DNA of 64,000 nt from an archaeon (lineage in GTDB: Archaea > Methanobacteriota_B > Thermococci > Methanofastidiosales > NM3): NCBI GenBank assembly GCA_004212155.1, contig RXIG01000024.1, forward strand, positions 25,133 through 89,132, given 5' to 3'. This document shows positions 49,445 through 60,200 of this stretch, in pieces. Each line of letters starts with the position of its first letter. The first letter of the stretch is position 1. The position numbers and the translations under genes are program-made. The notes under the pieces are model-generated. The model searched no databases and had not been told where the DNA came from. It was given only the letters and a program-made list of their open reading frames with translations.

Positions 49445-51143
49445 CCCTCCGCATCGTCGGGTCGGCCCGCGTGATCTCTACGGGCACCGATCCGATGTGG
49501 AGCACCCCGTCTTGAAGCGTGCACGTATAATGCACGAGGCCTGAGGAATCGTCGCGCCTGGGATGGTCGCTTCGGTAGTGCGCACCGCGTGACTCCTTCC
49601 TGCTCAGCGCGCACGTCAGCACGCACTCGCTCACGAGCACCATGTTCTGGAGCTCGATATAGTCGACCCAGTCGGGATTGTACCTGCGGCTCCCCTTGAC
49701 GGCGCACTGCGTGCGCCCCAGGTGGCGAAGCCGCCTGAGGCCCTCGACGAGGAGCTTCTCGTTTCGCACGATGCCCGCGTTTTCCCACATGAGCCGCCCA
49801 AGCTCTTCCTTGAGCGCGTGGGGGGCTGCGCCCTCGGCGCCAAAGGGTTGTTCAAGGCGTTCGATCTCTCGCTGGACGAATGCGGCGTCGTAATCGTTGG
49901 GGGGCGACCTGTCTGCAGCATGGCCCGCCGCCGCCTCTCCCGCTCGCTTGCCAAATACCTGCGTCTCGGCGAGGGCGTTTCCGCCAAGCCGGTTGGCACC
50001 GTGCGTGCCCCCGGCCGCCTCGCCGCATGCAAAGAGTCCGGGAAGGTCGTTGCTCTCGCACGTCTCGGGGACGACGCGGACACCGCCCATGAAATGGTGG
50101 GCTGTGGGGGCCACCTCCATGGGGGACGTCGTGATGTCGATGTTGGCGAACTTCTCGAACTGCTTGACCATGCGCGGTATGCGTGCCATGATGAGGTCTT
50201 GGCCCTTGTGCGTGATGTCAAGGTAGACCCCTCCGCGTGGCGTGCCCCTTCCCTCCTGGATCTCCGTATAGATTGCACGCGCGGTCTGGTCCCGGGGGGA
50301 AAGTTCCATCTGCTCGGGATTGTACCGCTTCATGAACCGCTCATCTTCCGAGTTGAGCAGATAGCCGCCCTCGCCGCGCACCGCCTCGGTGACAAGCATT
50401 CCCTTTGCCGATTCGGGAAAGATCATGCTGGTGGGGTGGAACTGTGTCTGCTCCATGTCGACAAGCGTTGCACCGCTGCGAAGCGCCATGGCGTAGCCGT
50501 CGCCTGTCGCCTCCACAGGATTGCTCGTGATCGTATAGATGCGCCCCGCCCCACCCGTTGCGAGTATGGTGGCACTGGCGAGGAACACAAGGTAGGACCC
50601 GCGCTGAACGTCGATGGCAAACGCCCCGATGATCCGGGAACCGTCATCGGGATCGTGGAGCAGCGTCGTGACGACAAGCTCTGAACGGTAGTCGATCCCG
50701 CGGTGGCGCGCCGCCTCGACAAGGGTCATGATGACCTCGTGGCCCGTCGTGTCGCCGACATAACACGTACGCCGGTGCGACTGGCCGCCAAACGGCCGCT
50801 GGGCTATGCGCCCCTGCTCGTCCCGGTCGAACATCGCGCCGAATCGTTCAAGGTCAAAGACCCGGTCTGGCGACTCGCGCGCCAGGATCTCGGCCATGCG
50901 CTGGTCGTTGAGGAAGACGCCCTCCTCGACCGTGTCCATGAAGTGGGACTCCCATGTGTCGTCGGGGTCTCGAAATCCCAGTGCGGCATTGATGCCCCCC
51001 TCCGCCATCACGGTGTGTGCCTTTCCCTCGAGCGTCTTGGCGACGACGATGACGTGCGCACCGCGGTCATGGGCCTCGATCGCTGCGCGGGCGCCCGCAC
51101 CGCCGCTTCCGATGACCAACACATCGCATGATATGACCTTCAT
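49437..51143 (-). CDS. tfrA: Thiol:fumarate reductase flavoprotein subunit
   Basis: GSGGAG, TVMAEGG, QFHPT, TEAVRGEG, HHFMGG, HGANRLGGN and ESRGAH; adjacent to tfrB. Confidence 0.85.
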   Translation of the reverse strand: MKVISCDVLVIGSGGAGARAAIEAHDRGAHVIVVAKTLEGKAHTVMAEGGINAALGFRDPDDTWESHFMDTVEEGVFLNDQRMAEILARESPDRVFDLERFGAMFDRDEQGRIAQRPFGGQSHRRTCYVGDTTGHEVIMTLVEAARHRGIDYRSELVVTTLLHDPDDGSRIIGAFAIDVQRGSYLVFLASATILATGGAGRIYTITSNPVEATGDGYAMALRSGATLVDMEQTQFHPTSMIFPESAKGMLVTEAVRGEGGYLLNSEDERFMKRYNPEQMELSPRDQTARAIYTEIQEGRGTPRGGVYLDITHKGQDLIMARIPRMVKQFEKFANIDITTSPMEVAPTAHHFMGGVRVVPETCESNDLPGLFACGEAAGGTHGANRLGGNALAETQVFGKRAGEAAAGHAADRSPPNDYDAAFVQREIERLEQPFGAEGAAPHALKEELGRLMWENAGIVRNEKLLVEGLRRLRHLGRTQCAVKGSRRYNPDWVDYIELQNMVLVSECVLTCALSRKESRGAHYRSDHPRRDDSSGLVHYTCTLQDGVLHIGSVPVEITRADPTMRRGD

Positions 51144-51147
51144 ATGA

Positions 51148-51741
51148 TCAGATCCCCAGCGAACGCCTGATGGAGGGCAGTCTTCGCCTCGTCTCCTCCT
51201 CCACTGCCGCATAGAGCGAGCCGCCATGCGTGTCTATGGCGACGGTAAGGGGGCCGAAGTGGACCGCATCGAGCACCCAGACGGCCTCTGGCATGCCAAG
51301 GTCGAGCCAGTGCACGCCGCGCACGGCATGCACGCCTTTTGCCGCAAGCACCGCGGCTCCCCCCGTCATTGCGAGATAGATGCAGCCGCTGTCGCGCATT
51401 GCATCGATGGTGGGCTGTGACATGCCGCCCTTGCCGATGATGGCGCTCGCACCCGTGGCACGGATGAAGTCCGGCTCGATGCTGTTCATGCGAGCGCTCG
51501 TGGTGGGGCCGGCCGCAAGGAGATGCCAGGTGTCGTCGTACTTGCGCATGATGGGGCCGCAGTGAAATATCGCTGCGCCCTTCGTGTCAAACGGCAGGTC
51601 GTTTCCGGCCTCGAGCTCCTCGAGCACCCGGAGGTGCGCCTCGTCGCGGGCCGTGTAGATCGTGCCCGTGAGCGTGACGATGTCGCCTGCACGGAGCCCG
51701 TAAAGCACCTTCTTGTCAATAGGTATGGAAAGCTCCCTCAT
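51148..51741 (-). CDS. Class I fumarate hydratase, beta subunit
   Basis: TARDEAH, GPTTSARM, IGKGGM and LGMPEA. Confidence 0.9.
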   Translation of the reverse strand: MRELSIPIDKKVLYGLRAGDIVTLTGTIYTARDEAHLRVLEELEAGNDLPFDTKGAAIFHCGPIMRKYDDTWHLLAAGPTTSARMNSIEPDFIRATGASAIIGKGGMSQPTIDAMRDSGCIYLAMTGGAAVLAAKGVHAVRGVHWLDLGMPEAVWVLDAVHFGPLTVAIDTHGGSLYAAVEEETRRRLPSIRRSLGI

Positions 51742-52598
51742 ACGTACTCAATCCTCCCGTCGTCGTAGAGGCAGATGGTGGCCCGCCGCGCGGCCCAGCA
51801 CTGCAGATTGATCGCCACGGGATGGCTTGCGGTATGGCATGCCGCCATCTCGGCATGGACGCCAAGCACCGTCGTCTTGCCACCAAGCCCCATTGGGCCG
51901 ATGCCCGTCTCGTTGAGGGCCTCAGTGAGCTCCCCCTCGAGCGCCGCAAGGCGTTCGTCGGGATTGTCAGTGCCAAGGGGGCGCAACAACGCATGTTTTG
52001 CAAGTGATGTGGCGATGTCGGCCGAGCCGCCGATGCCCACACCGACGATGGTCGGCGGGCATGGCTTGCCGCCCGCAGATACCACCGCGTCAAGCACGGC
52101 CTCCTTGATGCCGGCCACGCCCTGGGACGGCGTGAGCATGCGCAGCACGCTCATGTTCTCCGATCCAGCGCCCTTGGGCATCATCGTAATCTCGGTATAA
52201 GGCTTGTCGTGCACGGCGTAGGTGATATGTGGCATGTGCGGGCCCGTGTTCGTGCCGGGGTTGTGGCGAGAGAGCGGGTCGACGGCATTCGGCCGAAGCG
52301 GCACGCGTTCGGTGGCCCGTTCTATGGCGTTTTTGAGCGTCGACTCCAAGGGGAGCGAGAGGCTTTGGGACCGCGTGACGTAGAAGAGGGGTACGCCCGT
52401 GTCCTGACACAGGGGCGTGTTCGTCTCCTTTGCGAGCGCGATGTTGTCGAGGATGGCATGGAGCTGCATGCGGGGGACGGGGTCGTCCTCCTGGTCGTAT
52501 GCCTCCTGCAGCCTGTTTACGACATCGGGCGGAAGCTCGACAACGGCCGTCCGTATGAGGTCTACGAGCGCATCCTCGAGCGCTTGCAGCGTGGGCAT
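51738..52598 (-). CDS. Class I fumarate hydratase, alpha subunit
   Basis: CQDTG, KGAGSEN, CPP, GIGPMGLGG and CWAAR. Confidence 0.9.
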   Translation of the reverse strand: MPTLQALEDALVDLIRTAVVELPPDVVNRLQEAYDQEDDPVPRMQLHAILDNIALAKETNTPLCQDTGVPLFYVTRSQSLSLPLESTLKNAIERATERVPLRPNAVDPLSRHNPGTNTGPHMPHITYAVHDKPYTEITMMPKGAGSENMSVLRMLTPSQGVAGIKEAVLDAVVSAGGKPCPPTIVGVGIGGSADIATSLAKHALLRPLGTDNPDERLAALEGELTEALNETGIGPMGLGGKTTVLGVHAEMAACHTASHPVAINLQCWAARRATICLYDDGRIEYV

Positions 52599-52800
52599 GT
52601 CAATCACCCCCGGTGCCGCTAGAATCAATAAATCCCGCACATTGGGGCAAAGTGGAGTGCGGGCATATAAGCTGTTGAGGGAGCGCGCATGGCTCCGCTC
52701 CCGTATCATCCTCATTCATCATATGACGACCTCTTTTTTCGTGTGTGATACTCTCTTGCCAAAGTTATTAAACTATTTGGGTAGCAAGGGAAATAAACGG

Positions 52801-52821
52801 ATTTCCAGTGGAAATAAAGGG
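52801..52821 (+). promoter_or_regulatory. ORB-like (origin recognition box) palindrome or transcription-factor operator
   Basis: ATTTCCA-G-TGGAAAT perfect dyad followed by AAAGGG, in a divergent intergenic region. Confidence 0.5.
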
Positions 52822-52923
52822 CGTTTTCGCACCCTATTCTTTATCATTACCAAGATGGGACCGATGATTTTATAGGCATTGCCGTGGTCCTAAGGGCAAG
52901 AGACAGACCGAGGAGGTAGAAGC

Positions 52924-54309
52924 GTGACAGTGTACATCGTGGGCGCGGGCCCTGGCAACCCTATGCTCATAACGCTACGGGGCATGGAGCTCGTCAAGAA
53001 GGCTGAGGTGATACTCTATGACAGGCTCGTCAATCCTGAGCTGCTACAATACGCGCCGTCCAGCTGCCTGATGGTGCACACCGACGGCCACGCCACGTTC
53101 GAGGACACGAAGGCGCTGCTGCTCACACACGGCCGGGCGCACAAGACGGTGGTAAGGCTGAAAAACGGCGACCCGATGGTATGCAGCACCGGGGCAAAGG
53201 AGATCGATGCCCTCAGGGAGCACGGCATACCCTACGAGATCGTGCCAGGCGTCTCGTCGGCGGTGGCCGGCCCCGCCTATGCCGGCATCCCGGTCACCCA
53301 TGCTGACCGCCACCCCATCGTCTCGCTCGTCCACAGCGACGAGGTCGACTGGGAGGGGCTCTCAAGCGGCGACCTGCCCCGCAACGGCACGCTCGTCGTG
53401 CTTCTCGGTGCGATTGAGTTCTCCACGGTAAGCGAGGCGCTCATACGGTGCGGATTCGACCCCGACACGCCCGTTGCCGCCACGCACCGGTCGACGACGC
53501 CCGAGCAGCAGACCGTCACCGGAACGCTCTCAAGCCTCATGAACGCGCCGCTTGACGCCTCGTCGATCGTGGTGATCGGGGCAATCGCCACGCTGCACAG
53601 AAAACTGGCGTGGTATGAGGACAAGTGCCAGGTGCTCGTAGGCAAGAAGGTGCTCGTGATGCGTACCGAGGAACAGTTCAACGAGGCCGGCAAGCTCCTC
53701 AATCAGTGGGGTGCGGTCGCACTCAACGGCGGGACGATGCGTGTCGAAACGCTCGAATGGGACACATCGATGCTCGAACGGGCCGATGTCGTCGTCGTGA
53801 CGAGCCCCATGGCCGTCAAGGCTGCGTGCGCGAGGGCGTTCCTCCCCTCGGCGCCGACCTACATCGCCGTTGGACCCTCGACGAAGGCCGCGCTCGGGGA
53901 GGAGGGGATAAACGCGCTCATTCCGTCGGAGTATACGCTCGAGGGCCTCATATCGTTCATCAAGGCCAACGTCGACCCCTCGGCACATTCCCTCGTGCTC
54001 CAGTCCCGGGGGGCGTCCCCCATACTCACCAGGGCGCTTGAGGGATACGACCTCACCCCCGTCCCGATCTATGACATAGGATTCCCGACGATAGATTGGG
54101 ACGCCGTCATGAGCGCCGACATCGTCTTTTTCACCAGCACACTCATGGTCAACGAGGTGGCTGGCCATGTTTCCCACGGGGCGGTAAAGGTGTCAATCGG
54201 CCCGCAAACGAGCGCAGCGCTCAACGCCAAGGGCATCTCCGTCGACATCGAGGCTCCGCAGAGCACGATCGCGAGCATGATCAATGCGACCTTCGACTAC
54301 CTATATTAG
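52924..54309 (+). CDS. Uroporphyrinogen-III C-methyltransferase/synthase fusion (CobA-HemD)
   Basis: VGAGPG, YDRLV, VPGVSS and AGIPVTH; C-terminal HemD with TSP, AVGPST and SIGPQT. Confidence 0.85.
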   Translation: MTVYIVGAGPGNPMLITLRGMELVKKAEVILYDRLVNPELLQYAPSSCLMVHTDGHATFEDTKALLLTHGRAHKTVVRLKNGDPMVCSTGAKEIDALREHGIPYEIVPGVSSAVAGPAYAGIPVTHADRHPIVSLVHSDEVDWEGLSSGDLPRNGTLVVLLGAIEFSTVSEALIRCGFDPDTPVAATHRSTTPEQQTVTGTLSSLMNAPLDASSIVVIGAIATLHRKLAWYEDKCQVLVGKKVLVMRTEEQFNEAGKLLNQWGAVALNGGTMRVETLEWDTSMLERADVVVVTSPMAVKAACARAFLPSAPTYIAVGPSTKAALGEEGINALIPSEYTLEGLISFIKANVDPSAHSLVLQSRGASPILTRALEGYDLTPVPIYDIGFPTIDWDAVMSADIVFFTSTLMVNEVAGHVSHGAVKVSIGPQTSAALNAKGISVDIEAPQSTIASMINATFDYLY

Positions 54310-54355
54310 GGAAAATAAGAAAAAATAAGTATGCCAAGCCCCATAGTGATATACG

Positions 54356-55132
54356 GTGAGGCGCATGGACGTGTTCACATACTGTGTTTGTTCGGACACG
54401 GGATCGGTACGTAAAAGGAACGAGGACAGCTACGACCTCCTGATGCTCACGCTGCCCGATGGCCGCATCACGCTTTTCTCGGCCATCGTTTGCGACGGCA
54501 TGGGGGGGCATCCGGCAGGTGACGTGGCAAGCAGCCTCGCGTGTTCGATGGTCCACCGTTCGCTCCTGGAGCTTCTCGCATCGGTGCCATCTCCCACGAG
54601 GGAGGACGTTATCGGCATCATGGGCGAGTCCGTGCACGCATCACATCGGCGCCTCTCGACCCTGGCACGCTCGGACCCGTCCCTGCAGGGAATGGGTACG
54701 ACGCTCATATGGGCCATTGCCTTCTCAGGCGAGGTATTCCTCGCGCACGTGGGCGACAGCCGCGCCTATGTATGGGGCCAGAAGGGATTATGTCGGGCCA
54801 CGAGGGACCAGACGCCCGTGCAGCGCATGGTGGACCGGGGTGAGCTGACGCCCTCGCAGGCGCGCGCACATCCGCTTCGCCACGTCGTCTCGCAGGCGTT
54901 CGGCCTGACATCGCCCCTGCGCCCGTGCCTCTCATGGCGGCGTGTGGCGCCAGGAGAGGGGATACTCCTTTGCTCCGACGGGCTTACCGACCAGCTCACC
55001 GATGACGAGATCGGTTCGGTGCTTGCCAGGGAGGGTGAAAACGCCTGTGACAAGCTCGTAGCGATGGCCAACGAGCGCGGAGGGCGTGACAACTGCACGG
55101 TCGCGGTGCTTCGCTGTGACCAGAAGGGATGA
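54356..55132 (+). CDS. PP2C family Ser/Thr protein phosphatase
   Basis: RKRNED, CDGMGGH, MGTT, HVGDSRAY, CSDGL and GGRDN. Confidence 0.9.
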   Translation: MRRMDVFTYCVCSDTGSVRKRNEDSYDLLMLTLPDGRITLFSAIVCDGMGGHPAGDVASSLACSMVHRSLLELLASVPSPTREDVIGIMGESVHASHRRLSTLARSDPSLQGMGTTLIWAIAFSGEVFLAHVGDSRAYVWGQKGLCRATRDQTPVQRMVDRGELTPSQARAHPLRHVVSQAFGLTSPLRPCLSWRRVAPGEGILLCSDGLTDQLTDDEIGSVLAREGENACDKLVAMANERGGRDNCTVAVLRCDQKG

Positions 55133-55202
55133 AAAGTAGGGAAAAAGGAAACATGGGCCGATGAGCTCGGCCTCAAAAAAGGAGAAGAGGGGACGTGTCC
55201 CC

Positions 55203-56843
55203 TTACATGTCCATATCTGGCATGCCGCCCATTCCGCCTGCTCCGCCCGGGGCGCCCATGCCCTTGAGGTCGGATGCGGCGATGACGTCGTCGATCCTGA
55301 GAATCATGATGGCTGCCTCTGATGCCGACTTGACAGCCTGCTTCTTGATCCTCAACGGTTCGAGTATGCCCTGCTTGTACATGTCGACAGGCTCAGCCGC
55401 GAAGACGTCGATGCCGATGTGCTTGCCCGACTTCTCGTGCTCTGCGCGAAGCTTGACGAGGAGGTCGATCGGGTCGAGCCCTGCGTTTGAGGAGAGTGTG
55501 CGCGGGATGATCTCGAGCGCCTCTGCGAACGCCTTGATGGCAAGCTGCTCACGGCCCGACTGCCTGTCTGCGAACTCGCTGAGCTGCTTGACAAGCTGCA
55601 TGTCGACCGCGCCGCCGCCAGCGACGACCGTTCCGTCCTCGATGACCGATGCCACCACGCCGATGGCGTCGTCAAGCGCTCGCTCGACACTGTCGATGAA
55701 GTGCTCGGTGCCGCCGCGAAGCAGCAGGCAGACCGCCTTCGGGTCGAGGCATTCCTCGACAAATATCATCTCGTCGCCTGCGACACGTCGCTCCTCGACG
55801 ATGCCTGCGACGCCGAGGTCCTTCTCATCGAGGTCCTCGATCTTCGTGACCATGCGTGCGCCGGTCGCCTTGGCAAGTGCCTCCATGTCGGACTTCTTTA
55901 CGCGCCTTGTGGCGAGGATGCCCTCCTTGGCGAGGTAGTGCTGTGCGAGGTCGTCGATACCCTTCTGGCAGAAGACGACGTTGGCGCCTGTGGACTTGAT
56001 CTTCTCGACCATCTTGCGAAGCATCTGCTCCTCCTGGTCGATGAATCGCTGAAGCATCTCGGGGTCGGTGATGCGTATCTCGGCATCGGTGCTCGACTCC
56101 TTGATCTCGAGGGCCGAGGAAAGGAGTGCGATCTTGGCATCCTTCACCTTGAGGGGCATGCCGGAGTGAACGCGTTCCTTGTCGATGACGAGGCCCTGGA
56201 TGAGCTTGGAGTCCTCGACGCTGCCGCCGGTCTTCTTCTCGACCTTGATGTTGTCGGTGTCGATCTCCCAGCCTCCGTTGACCTTCTCGGCGACCTGCCT
56301 GACCGCGCGCACCGCAAGCGTTCCCAAGGTCTCCTTGGCCTTCTCGGCGCCCTTGCCAGTCATGGCGGTGTGTGCCACCTTGGTGAGCATATCCTCGTCC
56401 CCGATGTCGATCTTGGTCGCGATGGAATCAAGGATCTTGTCCGCCTCCTCGGCGGCGATCTTGTAACCAGACGTTATGACGGTGGGGTGGATGTTCTGGT
56501 CGAGGAGGCCTTCTGCCTTCTTGAGCAGCTCGCCCGCGATGACGACGGCTGTGGTGGTGCCGTCGCCGACCTCGTCATCCTGGGTCTTTGCGACCTCGAC
56601 GATCATCTTTGCCGCCGGGTGGGCGATGTCCATCTCCTTGAGTATCGTCGCACCGTCGTTGGTGACGACCACATCGCCGAGAGAGTCGACAAGCATCTTG
56701 TCCATTCCCCGGGGACCGAGGGTGGTCTTGACCACTTCGGACACGATGCGGCCTGCGAGGATGTTCATGCGCTGGGCATCCCTGCCCATGAAGCGCTGTC
56801 CGCCCTCTTCTGTAATTGACATAGGTTGTTTCATTTGTGCCAT
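55203..56843 (-). CDS. Thermosome (group II chaperonin) subunit
   Basis: [23 protein letters not shown] and GGM-rich tail. Confidence 0.97.
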   Translation of the reverse strand: MAQMKQPMSITEEGGQRFMGRDAQRMNILAGRIVSEVVKTTLGPRGMDKMLVDSLGDVVVTNDGATILKEMDIAHPAAKMIVEVAKTQDDEVGDGTTTAVVIAGELLKKAEGLLDQNIHPTVITSGYKIAAEEADKILDSIATKIDIGDEDMLTKVAHTAMTGKGAEKAKETLGTLAVRAVRQVAEKVNGGWEIDTDNIKVEKKTGGSVEDSKLIQGLVIDKERVHSGMPLKVKDAKIALLSSALEIKESSTDAEIRITDPEMLQRFIDQEEQMLRKMVEKIKSTGANVVFCQKGIDDLAQHYLAKEGILATRRVKKSDMEALAKATGARMVTKIEDLDEKDLGVAGIVEERRVAGDEMIFVEECLDPKAVCLLLRGGTEHFIDSVERALDDAIGVVASVIEDGTVVAGGGAVDMQLVKQLSEFADRQSGREQLAIKAFAEALEIIPRTLSSNAGLDPIDLLVKLRAEHEKSGKHIGIDVFAAEPVDMYKQGILEPLRIKKQAVKSASEAAIMILRIDDVIAASDLKGMGAPGGAGGMGGMPDMDM

Positions 56844-57217
56844 CTATTATTTCACCTCTTTGAGTGTATTGCTACATGCTCAGATTAGGTTCTGCAAGAA
56901 AATAGGGATTATAAGTCATATAAAAACTTTGCGGTTCATACGGCGCCCGATTTCCCCATATTCGATATACAAACTGTCATGGCATCAACGAGTAGATAAA
57001 TATATTGTAATTATTTTTTGGGATATAATATCAGGCGTATGACAAATATCGACAATAATCTATAAAATAGTAAAAAATTACGGTATACAAAGTGACCAAT
57101 ATAGATAATTTTAAGGGGAAAACCATTGGATTGGACAATGGTATCTTTAGGATAGATGAAAGACGCCTAAAAATAATAAATAAGTCAAGAAAGGAAAAGA
57201 AGAAAAAAAATTCGCTT

Positions 57218-60200
57218 TTACACGATATTGGTATAGTTTTGAAGGGGCGTTATCATTATGGGCTTTCCATGTCGCACTTTCAATGTCTCCGCAAAGGCCT
57301 TTGCCATCCCTGAATTGGTGATGATGAACGCATCGAATCCCGCGGCCATGATGCCGAAATGGGGGTCGTGGGCAGCAGAGGGATCGGCAAACCACGGGAT
57401 GTCGATCACGCAATCGATGTCGCGCGCGATGACGGCCGCATCGAAGGCTGCCTTGTCATCGATGACGCTGACGGGGACGCCGGCCTCGTCAAAGATCTCC
57501 CTGGAGGACGGCAGCGTTGAGAGGCGCGCCTCGGCCGCATCCAGGTCGCGGGCCAATGCCTGGAGCAAATCGCGCTGCGACGGATGGTTGCACAGGATGA
57601 CGACGTGGGGCGATGGCTTGTTCATGTGTGGGTTGGCGGAGTACATCGCCTTTTCGAAAGCGTCGTGGAAGTCTTCGCCTATGCTTGCGACCTCGCCTGT
57701 CGACATCATCTCCACGCCCGTCACTGGGCGCGCGCCCGCAAGCCGCACGAACGAGAACTTGGGGAACTTGACGCCTTTCATGATGTGGTCGCGGGAGACG
57801 GGAGGGTCATCGATGAGGGTGTCGCTTCCCAGCGCCACCTTTGCGGCCTCTTCCATGATGTTGATGCCATAGACCTTCGACACGAACGGCATGGAACGCG
57901 AGGAGCGCGAGTTGCACTCGATGACATAGATGTCGTTTCCAACGACGAGGTACTGGATGTTGAACGTCCCGCGTATGCGGAGCTCGGTGGCGATGCGCCG
58001 CGAGTGTTCGCGCAGGCGCGCCTTGAAGTCGGTGGAGAGATGGGTGGCTGGAGTCACCACGGTGGCGTCGCCGCTGTGGACCCCAGCCGGGTCGACGTGT
58101 TCGAGCACGAACCCGATGATCGTGCCCTTGCCGTTGCTCACGCCGTCGACCTCGACCTCCTGGGCGTTGTCGAAGAACTTCGAGACCACGACGGGATACT
58201 CGCGCGAGACGCTGGCGGCCTCCGAGATATAGGTGCGCAGCTCCTCCTCGGTGTCGGCCACCTTCATGGCAGCGCCCGAGAGCACGTATGAGGGGCGCAC
58301 GAGCACCGGCAGCGAGACCTCACGTGCGAATGATATCGCCTCGTCGACGTCGGTGGCGGCGATCCACTGCGGCTGCTTGATGCCCAGCGTGTCCATGAGC
58401 TTGCTGAACTTGGAGCGGTCCTCGGCCCGGTCGATGTCCTGCGGCGCGGTGCCGAGGATCTTGACGCCGCGCTTGGCAAGCGCGGGAGAGAGATTGTTTG
58501 ACGTCTGGCCGCCGACGCCGAGCACGATGCCACGAGGCATCTCGCGCTCGTATATGTCAAGCACCCGCTCGGCGGTGAGCTCCTCGAAGTAGAGCCTGTC
58601 GCTGATGTCGTAATCGGTGGAGACGGTCTCGGGATTGCAGTTGATCGTGATGACCTCCTCGACGCCCTGGTCCTTGAGGCCCCATATCATGTTGACTGCG
58701 CACCAGTCGAACTCTACGCTGCTGCCGATGCGATAGACGCCCGAACCGAGCACGATTGCGCCCTTGTCGCCGGCAGGGCCGATGTCGTCGCTTGAAGCGC
58801 CGTAGGTCATGTAAAGATAATTGGTCGATGCGGGCCACTCGGCCGCGAGCGTGTCGATCTGGCGCACGCGCGGCACGATGCCCCACCTTGTGCGAAGCGA
58901 GCGGACCTCCGGCTCGCCGCGGTCGAGCGCCTCGGCTATCTGCATATCAGAGAAGCCCTTCTTCTTGGCCAGGTCAAGGAGAGCCTTGAACTCTGGCTGA
59001 GGAAGCGACACGCCGCCCGAGGGGAGCTGCTTCATCTGAGAGTAGAGCTCGACGATCGAGCGGATCTTGTGCAGGAAGAACGGATCGACCTTCGATGCAC
59101 AAGCGACCTCGTCCACAGAGGCGCCCGCGCGCAGCGCCGAGACGATGTAAAACAGCCGCTGGGGCGTCGGCATCGCACAGTGTGCCAGGAGCCGCTCGAC
59201 AGGCATGCCGCGGCCAAATGAGGTCACGATGCCCTTTTTTCCGACATCAAGCATGCGCACAGCCTTCTGGAGCGCCTCCTCGAAGCACGTCCCTATCGCC
59301 ATGACCTCGCCCACGCTCTTCATCTGTGAACCGAGGTCGTCGGGGACCGATGGGAACTTCTGGAGGTCCCAGCGCGGCATCTTCACCGTGATGTAGTCGA
59401 GTGCCGGCTCGAAGCACGCGGTGGTCTCCTCGGTGACGCCGTTGATAAGCTCGATGAGGCTGTAGCCCACCGAGATCTTTGCCGCGATGTATGCGAGCGG
59501 ATAGCCTGTGGCCTTGGAGGCCAGGGCAGATGATCGTGAGAGGCGCGGATTGATCTCGATGACGCGGTACTCGTTGGACGCGGTGTCGAGAGCGTACTGG
59601 ATATTGCACTCGCCGACGATGCCCGCCTCGCGCACGGCGTTTATCGAGACCGTGCGGAGCATGTGGTACTCCTCGTCGGTGAGCGTCTGGGAGGGGCAAA
59701 CGACGATGGAGTCGCCCGTGTGGACGCCCATGGGGTCGAAGTTCTCCATGTTGCATATGCAGATGCAGTTGTCCTCGGCATCGCGGACGACCTCGTACTC
59801 GATCTCCTTCCATCCGCCGACGTACTCCTCGATGAGCACCTGGCCGATCAGGCTCTGCGATATGCCCTTGGCGACGATGCGCTCGAGCCCCTCGTCGTCG
59901 TATGCGACGCCCGACCCCTTCCCGCCGAGCGTGTAGGCGGGGCGCACCATGACCGGATAGCCGATCGTGTCGCGAACGACCGCCTTCGCATCGGAGAGGT
60001 TCCTGATGGGAACGCTGCGAAGCGTATTGACGCCGGCGCGGGACATCGTCTCCTTGAACAGCTCGCGGTCCTCCGTCTTCTGTATGGAGTCAACGGGCGT
60101 GCCGAGGACGCGGATGCCATACTTCTCGAACGTGCCGTCGTCGCGCAGCGCGATGCCCACGTTGAGCGCCGTCTGGCCACCGAAGCCGAGCAGCACGCTA

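Noticed and set aside
55701-56819. Long antisense ORFs (also 59663-60649, 36313-37353, 49722-50684, 23643-24662)
   Set aside because: Shadow ORFs opposite well-supported genes, expected from GC-rich codon bias; no recognisable motifs.
56844-57217. AT-rich region upstream of the thermosome gene as a possible origin
   Set aside because: No ORB-like motifs; adequately explained by the carB terminator region and thermosome promoter.
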